NCBI GenBank assembly: GCA_963747695.1
Contig: CAVVFV010000002.1
Coordinates: forward strand, 1 to 60,301
Direction: 5' to 3'
Source of the DNA: Candidatus Falkowbacteria bacterium
GTDB taxonomy: Bacteria > Patescibacteriota > Patescibacteriia > Patescibacteriales > WJLG01
DNA length: 60,301 bases
Shown: positions 53,833-60,301 of the stretch, one piece after another
Position numbering within the stretch: position 1 is the first letter of the stretch
How the letters are laid out: every line of letters starts with the position of its first letter
The notes under the pieces: generated by a model
What the model was told of the DNA's origin: nothing
Databases searched by the model: none
The model's input: only the letters and a program-made list of their open reading frames with translations
Program-made: the position numbers and the translations under genes

Positions 53833-54159
53833 ATGTCGGATCGCTTGGCAGTGATCATTCTCGAGAGTTTTTTCTTGACGACCTTCATCGTCCTTTCGCT
53901 CTTCATCATTTTCGGCAAGCGCGGAGTTTTCGCCAGAGTTCTCGCAAATAAAACTCGTGATTTAGTGATGTTCCTGGTTTCGGCCCAGATCGTCCTTACC
54001 GCATTTATGGCGCGCGTCTGGGGAGTCGTCTTTGTCAGCGGTTTCGAAAAATTCGTCAATTTTGTCTCGGCTAACATCTTTCCGGTCATCGCCGTAGTTT
54101 TTCTCACGCTCTTGATCATTCATCTCTGGCGCGATATCCGTTCCTTGCTATCGTCGTGA
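53833..54159 (+). CDS. Small 3-TM membrane protein (108 aa)
   Basis: AAGGAGG RBS and three hydrophobic helices. Confidence 0.65.
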   Translation: MSDRLAVIILESFFLTTFIVLSLFIIFGKRGVFARVLANKTRDLVMFLVSAQIVLTAFMARVWGVVFVSGFEKFVNFVSANIFPVIAVVFLTLLIIHLWRDIRSLLSS

Positions 54160-54185
54160 ATGTTCCGGCGCGGGGCAGCCAGGGA

Positions 54186-54214
54186 TTGGACAAAAAGAAA
54201 ATCCGCAGTATAAT
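54186..54214 (+). promoter_or_regulatory. Sigma70-like promoter of 54284..54802
   Basis: TTGGAC (54186-54191), 17 nt, TATAAT (54209-54214). Confidence 0.6.
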
Positions 54215-54218
54215 ATAG

Positions 54219-54249
54219 ATAACAAGGAAGCCAGCCTTGTTATTTTTTT
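54219..54249 (+). terminator. Intrinsic terminator after 53833..54159 (overlaps the next promoter's start site)
   Basis: ATAACAAGG-aagccag-CCTTGTTAT followed by TTTTTT. Confidence 0.8.
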
Positions 54250-54283
54250 ATCATTTCGCTCTTCAACAACGAGGGAGGTCAAA

Positions 54284-54802
54284 ATGCCTGACAAGAATTT
54301 GAGCGATTTGTTTGCCGATGCCTTGCTGCTGGAAAAAGAAAGTAAATATCCTCATGGGCGGGGAATCCTGGTGGTCGATCGCCTGGAAAATTTTTTCGAA
54401 GCGCGGCTGAATTGTTTTTTGCTGGAAAAAGAAATGATCGAAGAGGATCTTTTCCTGTGTGCCGGTTACATCGCCAAGACACTGGCCGGTTTCATCCGCG
54501 AGGCCCCGAAAAGGATGGCTGCCGCCGAATTTTTAAATTCATATCTCGAATGCCGCCGCCAGCCTGATTCGCCGATCCGGCCGGAAGATTATCTGGCTCG
54601 CGGCGGTCAAACTTGCTTCATGATCTGCGTGTTCTTGCCGATTTTTCATCTCCGTCGTTTGGTCGATGAAAAATATTACACGGAAAAGGGCACGACGTTC
54701 TTTTATCAGCTATTCCTGGAAACAGGAAAGCCGGTGGCCTGCCATATGGCCGAACATTTCGAGGAACTCGTTCCGATTACTCGGGAAGTCATCAAGGAAT
54801 AG
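54284..54802 (+). CDS. Hypothetical cytoplasmic protein (172 aa)
   Basis: Promoter at 54186-54214, GAGGGAGG RBS and a terminator at 54808-54836. No recognisable motif. Confidence 0.65.
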   Translation: MPDKNLSDLFADALLLEKESKYPHGRGILVVDRLENFFEARLNCFLLEKEMIEEDLFLCAGYIAKTLAGFIREAPKRMAAAEFLNSYLECRRQPDSPIRPEDYLARGGQTCFMICVFLPIFHLRRLVDEKYYTEKGTTFFYQLFLETGKPVACHMAEHFEELVPITREVIKE

Positions 54803-54807
54803 ATCTT

Positions 54808-54836
54808 AACACTGTCGCTTCAGACAGTGTTTTTTT
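54808..54836 (+). terminator. Intrinsic terminator after 54284..54802
   Basis: AACACTGTC-gcttca-GACAGTGTT followed by TTTTTT. Confidence 0.9.
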
Positions 54837-54913
54837 GCCGGTAATTATTCTCGATTATCGCCGCTCGATCGGTTTGAAGCTGTCCGGTGTTTTTTCATTA
54901 TTTTAGTTTTTTG

Positions 54914-54987
54914 TGGTATAATATAGATGTCCCCAGCCGGTCGGGTTGCCGCCAAAATGGCAGAAGCAAATCACCGGCAAATTTTTT
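54914..54987 (+). promoter_or_regulatory. Extended -10 promoter followed by a terminator-like leader upstream of the receiver gene
   Basis: TGgTATAAT (54914-54922). A bulged stem follows, GCCGGT (54936-41)/ACCGGC (54973-78), with inner GCCA/TGGC and TTGC/GCAA pairs. Then AAATTTTTT (to 54987). The ATG is at 55026. Confidence 0.45.
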
Positions 54988-55025
54988 CATTTAATTATTT
55001 TAATAGCAACAAGGAATTATTTTTT

Positions 55026-55412
55026 ATGCCAAATCAAGGTAAATTGTTATTGGTCGAAGACGATCCGATGGTGATCAAAATGTATCAAAGAAAATTGAAC
55101 ATGGAGGGTTTCGAGCTGGCCTTGGCTTACAACGGCGAAGAAGGATTGGCGGCGCTGAAAAAAGACCGCCCCCAGCTGGTCTTGCTGGATATTATGATGC
55201 CCAAGATGGACGGTTTTGAAATGCTGAAAATCGTCAAAACCGACCCGGCGCTCAAGGATATCCCGGTGGTGATGCTCACCAACCTGGGCGACCGCTCCGA
55301 AGACATCCAGAAAAGCAAAGAGCTCGGCGCTGATGATTATTGGGTGAAAGCCAATATGCCGCTCAACGAATTGATCGAGAAAATAAAAAAGATTTTAGAT
55401 AAGAAAAATTAA
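55026..55412 (+). CDS. Stand-alone response-regulator receiver domain (CheY-like)
   Basis: KLLLVEDDP, LVLLDIMMPKMDG, PVVMLTN and KANMP, with no output domain. ATG 55026 was chosen; the in-frame ATG 54927 would add 33 non-receiver residues. Confidence 0.85.
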   Translation: MPNQGKLLLVEDDPMVIKMYQRKLNMEGFELALAYNGEEGLAALKKDRPQLVLLDIMMPKMDGFEMLKIVKTDPALKDIPVVMLTNLGDRSEDIQKSKELGADDYWVKANMPLNELIEKIKKILDKKN

Positions 55413-55430
55413 TAAAATAAAAAAAATCGT

Positions 55431-56771
55431 ATGACCAACAAAAAAACATTGCTCACGGTCTTGATCACCGTGGTCATCGTTTTGATCATCGGCGGCGGAG
55501 TAGGCTACTACTACCTGCAGACGCACAAAGCGAAAACGGCGGCCGCCCCGGCGCCGAAGCAGGAGATCGACGCGCTGACTTTTTATGACTGGTGGACTTC
55601 GCCCGGAGAATCGGCGGCGCTCAACGCCTTGGTTAATCTTTTCATTCAAAAATATCCGACGACGGCCGTCATCCCCACTTCAGTGGTCGGCGGAGCCGGT
55701 TACTCGCTTCTAGGCATCATCAAACCTTTGGTAACGGCCGGACAGGCGCCGGATGCGTTCCAAATGCATGCCGGTTACGAAGGAATGCCCTATTACCAGG
55801 CTGGTCTGTTGGATCCGATGGACGATATCTGGGCTAAGGATAATCTGGCGGCGGTCATTCCGAGCGTCGTGCAGGATATGTGCAAGTTCAATGGCCATTA
55901 TTATACCGTGCCGGTGGATATTCATCGGGCGAATTTGATCTGGTACAACAAAGAGCTGTTGGATAAAAATAATATCAGTACCTCAAGCCTTACCACCTGG
56001 GACGGTTTCTTTGCCGCTTGCGATAAATTAAAAGCCGCGGGGGTGCAATATCCCATCCAAATGGGCGAATCGTGGACAGCCGCTCAGGTTTTTGAGCAGA
56101 TCATCGCCGGCGAAGGGATCGACTTCTATCAGGATTGGGTCAACGGAAAAGTCCTTGATCCGACCGATCCGCGCGTCGTGAGCGCTTTCGAAACTTTGAA
56201 AAAATACGTCAGTTACGTCAATCCGGATAACGCCAAGCTGACCTGGGACGGCGCGACCGACCGCATCATCAGCGGCCAGTCCGCTTTCAACCTGATGGGT
56301 GATTGGGCGAACGCGGAGTTTAAGACGGCCAAAAAAGTTTACGGCGTCGACTATGGCGTCATTCCCGCTCCCGGCACCGCCGATGTTTACGGATTGGTGA
56401 TCGATACTTTCCAACGGCCGAAGAATATTCTCCATCCGACCAATGCCAATCGCTGGCTGGATCTGGTTTCTTCCAAGGAAGGCCAGGATACTTTTAATCC
56501 TTTGAAAGGTTCGATTTCCGCGCGGACCGATGCCGATGTTTCCAAATACGACGCTTATCAGCAATCGGCTATTGCGGATTTCTGGAAGGCGAAATATATG
56601 TTCCCGAGCGTGGTCCACGGTTCCGGCGCGCCGCAATCATTTAAGATCAAATTGGAAGATATCATTGCCGATTTCGTCATCAATCAGGATGTGACTACTT
56701 CGGCGACCGCCATGACCAACTACTCGGCGGTGATCAGCGACGAATACACCATCAACTGGTCGCTAAAGTAA
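55431..56771 (+). CDS. Extracellular solute-binding protein (family 1, sugar-type), membrane-anchored
   Basis: N-terminal TM anchor LLTVLITVVIVLIIGGGVGYYY. About 400 aa of SBP-like sequence (WWTSPGE..ALNALV, MGDWANAEF). No permease or ATPase genes are adjacent. Confidence 0.75.
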   Translation: MTNKKTLLTVLITVVIVLIIGGGVGYYYLQTHKAKTAAAPAPKQEIDALTFYDWWTSPGESAALNALVNLFIQKYPTTAVIPTSVVGGAGYSLLGIIKPLVTAGQAPDAFQMHAGYEGMPYYQAGLLDPMDDIWAKDNLAAVIPSVVQDMCKFNGHYYTVPVDIHRANLIWYNKELLDKNNISTSSLTTWDGFFAACDKLKAAGVQYPIQMGESWTAAQVFEQIIAGEGIDFYQDWVNGKVLDPTDPRVVSAFETLKKYVSYVNPDNAKLTWDGATDRIISGQSAFNLMGDWANAEFKTAKKVYGVDYGVIPAPGTADVYGLVIDTFQRPKNILHPTNANRWLDLVSSKEGQDTFNPLKGSISARTDADVSKYDAYQQSAIADFWKAKYMFPSVVHGSGAPQSFKIKLEDIIADFVINQDVTTSATAMTNYSAVISDEYTINWSLK

Positions 56772-56810
56772 AAATTGCTCCTCCTCCGGGCGGGGCAGTA
56801 ATAAAAAACG

Positions 56811-58607
56811 ATGAATTTGTTTCTAAAAATTTTCTTCAAATCGCTCGCGACGAAGATAATTTTGCTCACCTCGCTGCTCTTGGTGGTGATTCTTGGCGTC
56901 CAGACTTTTCTCTACGTGCGGACGGAAACCAAGAATATGGAAGACATTTTGGTCAATAACAAAAAAGATTTTGCCGAACTTTTGGCGATAAATTTCGGCG
57001 CGGCGCAGACGGTCGGCGGCTTCGCTTTCCAATCCCAATTGATCGAGGACGCCGGCAATACCGGAGACACGGTTTACGTCAGGTTCGTCAAACCGACCGG
57101 AGAAATATATCTGTCCAACATCACCGCCGAGCAGGGCCAATTAGTCAAAGATGCCGCCATCGATACGACCCAGACTATCGTCAAAGATGCGGTATATGGC
57201 GGACAGAATATCAAAGTCGTGGTGGCGCCCAGTCCGGGCGGCTATACGACCTGGCTGGGTTTTTCCCTTAAGTCAACCCAGGACGCGGTCAACGCGACGA
57301 TCGCTTCGCGGGTTACGCTTTCGGTCATCATCTTGCTGGGCGGCGCGATCTTCGCCTTGCTCTTGGCTTTATATCTGACAAGGAATATCCGCGTCTTGAA
57401 AAATGCCGCCGATGAAGTTACCAAAGGCAATTTGAAAGTTCAGGCGAATATCAATACCCGGGACGAGATTGGCGATCTGGCCAGAAGCTTCAACCATATG
57501 ACCAAAAGATTGCTGGAATCGCGCAACAGCCTGGAAGGCAAGATCAAAGAACTGGCCGACGAACATGGCCGGATGTCGTCCTTGGTCGAAAGCGTCAAAC
57601 TCGGCGTGATCATGGTCGACTTGAGCCTCAACGTCATTTTGGCCAACTCCGCCGCCAAGAAAGTGCTGGGCAAGGAATCGATCAACAACATCACTTTCCG
57701 GGATCTGGCGGAAAAGATCAAAGGCAGCGTCGATATTTCCCAGGCCTTGAGTTATTATGTCCACACCGGCACGCCGCTTAATATCCAGGAAGCGATGATC
57801 GACGACCGGTATTTCCGCCTCTTTATGTCGCCGGTTCGCGATATCGTCGAACAGGTCTTTATCGGCGCCGTGATCGTGATGGAAGATATCACCGATCAGA
57901 AAAAATTGGATAAGATGAGAACCGAAATCGTTTCCATCACTTCGCACCAGCTGCGCACGCCTTCGACGATCATCAAGGGCAACCTGGAAATGGTTTTGGG
58001 CGGCGAAGTCGGCGAGCTCAATAAGGATCAGCGTGAGTTGCTTGATGATACTTATCTCGGCAATCAGCGGATGATCCGGCTGATCAACGATCTGATGGAT
58101 GTGGCCAAGATCGATGAAGGAAAATTCAAGCTGGCGCTCGAACCGGAGCAATTCGAGGACGTGGTCAAAGATGTGTTGGTGGCGATCGCCAATCTGGCCA
58201 AAGAGAAGAAAGTTACCGTAGCTTTTGATTATCCGCCTACTCCGTTTCCGCCGGTAAAGATCAACCGCCAAAGAGTGACGCAGGTCGTCCAGAATATCAT
58301 CGATAACGCCATTAAGTACTCGAGCAACGAGGATAAGGGCCGGGTGGAAGTCAAGATCCAGGAAGGATCGAAATTTTTGGAATTGATCGTTAAAGATAAC
58401 GGCATCGGCATTCCCGAAGACGAGCAGGACAAGATGTTCGAACGTTTCTCGCGCGGTTCCAATACCACCAAGCTTGATCCGGGCGGCGGCAGCGGCCTCG
58501 GCCTCTACATCGCCAAAGCGGTGGTCGAGCAGGGCGGCGGCCGGATCTGGTTCGAATCCAAATTAAACTCCGGCACGGTTTTTCACGCCACTTTCCCTTA
58601 CGTCTGA
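56811..58607 (+). CDS. Sensor histidine kinase (TM - ecto-domain - TM - HAMP - PAS - HisKA - HATPase_c)
   Basis: HAMP (RDEIGDLARSFNHMTKRL), H-box SITSHQLRTP, N-box QNIIDNAIKYS, and G-boxes DNGIGIP and GGSGLGLYI. Confidence 0.9.
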   Translation: MNLFLKIFFKSLATKIILLTSLLLVVILGVQTFLYVRTETKNMEDILVNNKKDFAELLAINFGAAQTVGGFAFQSQLIEDAGNTGDTVYVRFVKPTGEIYLSNITAEQGQLVKDAAIDTTQTIVKDAVYGGQNIKVVVAPSPGGYTTWLGFSLKSTQDAVNATIASRVTLSVIILLGGAIFALLLALYLTRNIRVLKNAADEVTKGNLKVQANINTRDEIGDLARSFNHMTKRLLESRNSLEGKIKELADEHGRMSSLVESVKLGVIMVDLSLNVILANSAAKKVLGKESINNITFRDLAEKIKGSVDISQALSYYVHTGTPLNIQEAMIDDRYFRLFMSPVRDIVEQVFIGAVIVMEDITDQKKLDKMRTEIVSITSHQLRTPSTIIKGNLEMVLGGEVGELNKDQRELLDDTYLGNQRMIRLINDLMDVAKIDEGKFKLALEPEQFEDVVKDVLVAIANLAKEKKVTVAFDYPPTPFPPVKINRQRVTQVVQNIIDNAIKYSSNEDKGRVEVKIQEGSKFLELIVKDNGIGIPEDEQDKMFERFSRGSNTTKLDPGGGSGLGLYIAKAVVEQGGGRIWFESKLNSGTVFHATFPYV

Positions 58608-58694
58608 AGCGGATAAAAATATTTAATTAAAATTTATTTAAAAGTTTGCGGCGGGGAAATTTTTTTCGATTCCCCGGCAAACCTGAATGATAAA

Positions 58695-59072
58695 ATGCCA
58701 GACGCGCCCAAAAAAATTCTGATCGTAGAGGACGAGAGACTGATCACCAAGCCCTTGGCCAAGAAATTGACTTTTGCCGGCTTTGCCACCAAGGAAGCCT
58801 ATGACGGCGAGGAAGCCCTGGCGATGTTGGAAGCGGAAAAGTTCGATCTCATCTTGCTGGATCTGATGATGCCGCGGGTTGACGGTTTTGACGTACTCGC
58901 CAAGATGAAAGAACGAGGAGATCAGACGCCGGTGATCGTCGCCACCAACTTGAACCAGGAAAAAGATGTTTCCCGGGTTTTGGAATTGGGCGTGACGAGT
59001 TATTATGTCAAAGCTGACACGACCTTGGAAGAGATCGTCGATCACGTCAAAAGCGCGCTGGGCATGGCTTAG
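58695..59072 (+). CDS. Stand-alone response-regulator receiver domain (CheY-like)
   Basis: KILIVEDE, LILLDLMMPRVDG, PVIVATN and KAD, 125 aa, with no output domain. Confidence 0.88.
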   Translation: MPDAPKKILIVEDERLITKPLAKKLTFAGFATKEAYDGEEALAMLEAEKFDLILLDLMMPRVDGFDVLAKMKERGDQTPVIVATNLNQEKDVSRVLELGVTSYYVKADTTLEEIVDHVKSALGMA

Positions 59073-59100
59073 TTGTTTTGGTAAAATCCACAGAAATATA

Positions 59101-59129
59101 AAATCCGCGGACGCTGCTCCGCGGATTTT
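59101..59129 (+). terminator. Intrinsic terminator after the second receiver gene
   Basis: AAATCCGCGGA-cgctgc-TCCGCGGATTT followed by TAGTTT. Confidence 0.8.
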
Positions 59130-59233
59130 AGTTTAATCCTTGCCGCCATCTTATTAAAAATCCCGTTTTCGTGTTAATATAAAGCCGGTTCTTTAATTAC
59201 GAAATAGAATAGTCAACAAAAAGGAGTGGTGAA

Positions 59234-60301
59234 ATGAACATCCTATTGATTTACCCGAAATGCCCGGATACGTTCTGGGGATTTAAGCGGGCGCTGCGGT
59301 TCCTGTCCTGGTTTTTTTTCTTCCGGATCAAAGCGGCTTTTCCGCCGCTCGGCTTATTGACCGTTGCGTCAATGCTGCCGCGATCCTGGGAAAATAAACC
59401 GGTTCACAAGAAACTGGTCGACTTGAATGTCCGGCGGCTCAGGGACAAAGATATCGCCTGGGCGGATATGGTGATGCTCAGCGCGATGATCATCCAGAAA
59501 GATAGCGCGCAAGAGATCATCGATCCGTATCCAAGGCGATCAGGGAAAAAACAAAAAAGCCGATCATCATTGTCGCCGGCGGGCCGGTGTTTACCACCAG
59601 CCGCCATCTTTTTCACTGGCATCGATCATTTTGTCCTCGGCGAGGCCGAAATAACCTTGCCGCTTTTCCTCAAGGATCTGCGCCATAACGTTCCGCGGGA
59701 AGTTTACGCCACCACAGAAAGGCCGGATCTGTCGCTCGACTCCGATTCCGGATTGGTCGTTGATCAGGCTGAAAGATTATTCGACGATGATGGTGGAGAA
59801 TTCGCGCGGCTGTCCGTTCGATTGCGAATTCTGCGATAACTCGACACGCTTCGGTCGGAAAGTCCGGGTGAGACCGATCTCCCGGTTTATCGCCAATGTG
59901 GAGGCGATCAGGAAAGCGGGCTGGGTCGGCAGTTTGTTCATCGTTGATGATAATTTCATCGGCAATATTCCCAAGGTGGTAAGAATGCTTCCTGTCTATA
60001 TTGAGTATCAAAAGAAGCATAATTATCCCTTCCGGGGATTGATCCAGGCCAGCGTTAATCTGGCGGGCCGGTCCGATCAGCCGGACGAGCAGATGGATAA
60101 TCTGATGAAATTGATTGTCGAAGCGAATATCGATCAGGTTTTTTTGGGCATTGAGACCGCGGATGTCGCCAGCCTGAAAGAATGCGGCAAAATGCAGAAT
60201 ACCAAGATGGATCTGGTCGAAGCGGTAAAAAAAATCCAGCGCGCCGGCCTGCGAGTGCAGGCGGGATTCATTGTCGGTTTCGATAATGACACGGAAAAGT
60301 C
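59234..60301 (+). pseudogene. B12-binding-domain radical SAM gene (DUF4070-type) disrupted by at least three frameshifts; 3' end beyond window
   Basis: Family-like sequence is spread over three frames. Coordinate frame 2 gives MNILLIYPKCPDTFWGFK...AAFPPLGLLTVASMLP and GIDHFVLGEAEITLPLFL. Frame 1 (59524-59613) gives KAIREKTKKPIIIVAGGPVFTTSRHLF. Frame 0 (from 59739) gives TPIPDWSLI...SRGCPFDCEFCD (CxxxCxxC)...FIVDDNFIGN...FLGIET...GFIVGFDNDTEK. Confidence 0.75.

Noticed and set aside
54219-54249. Hairpin plus T-run right after the 54186-54214 promoter as an attenuator
   Set aside because: The predicted transcription start falls inside the 5' arm of the stem. The structure is better explained as the terminator of the upstream gene (53833-54159).

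Overview
This is a gene-dense 60.3-kb bacterial window with no rRNA, tRNA or CRISPR array that I could find. Housekeeping genes are clear: gyrA, uvrA, argS, glyQS, rpsP, a KH-domain protein, ndk, holA, a P-type ATPase and an IMPase. Between them lie many hypothetical secreted or membrane proteins and several giant ORFs. The gene content (a GxxExxY protein, a DGR-type RT remnant, Gmad2/GerMN, pilus ATPase, giant surface proteins, low-complexity tails on housekeeping proteins) suggests an uncultivated small-genome lineage, possibly CPR/Patescibacteria; that is an inference only. The most notable observations follow. (1) A PD-(D/E)XK 'GxxExxY' ORF sits at the apex of a palindromic repeat, and the same repeat occurs empty 13 kb away. 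(2) An 1859-aa membrane-anchored, thioester-less alpha-2-macroglobulin-like protein lies next to an ECF sigma factor. It carries a 129-aa Hint/intein-like module at the bait position, with no +1 nucleophile. (3) A tandemly duplicated, two-module GspE/PilB ATPase is fused into one 1010-aa polypeptide. (4) An ~650-nt ORF-poor region has its own consensus promoter, three intrinsic terminators and many perfect hairpins, so it is a candidate structured-RNA cluster. (5) GC-rich palindromic elements are inserted in frame in two unrelated genes. (6) Two decayed genes are present: a 5'-truncated DGR-type reverse transcriptase broken at an (AG)8 tract, and a B12-binding radical SAM gene with three frameshifts. 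(7) Several intergenic palindrome families recur. All functional calls rest on motif recognition by eye; no database search was run.
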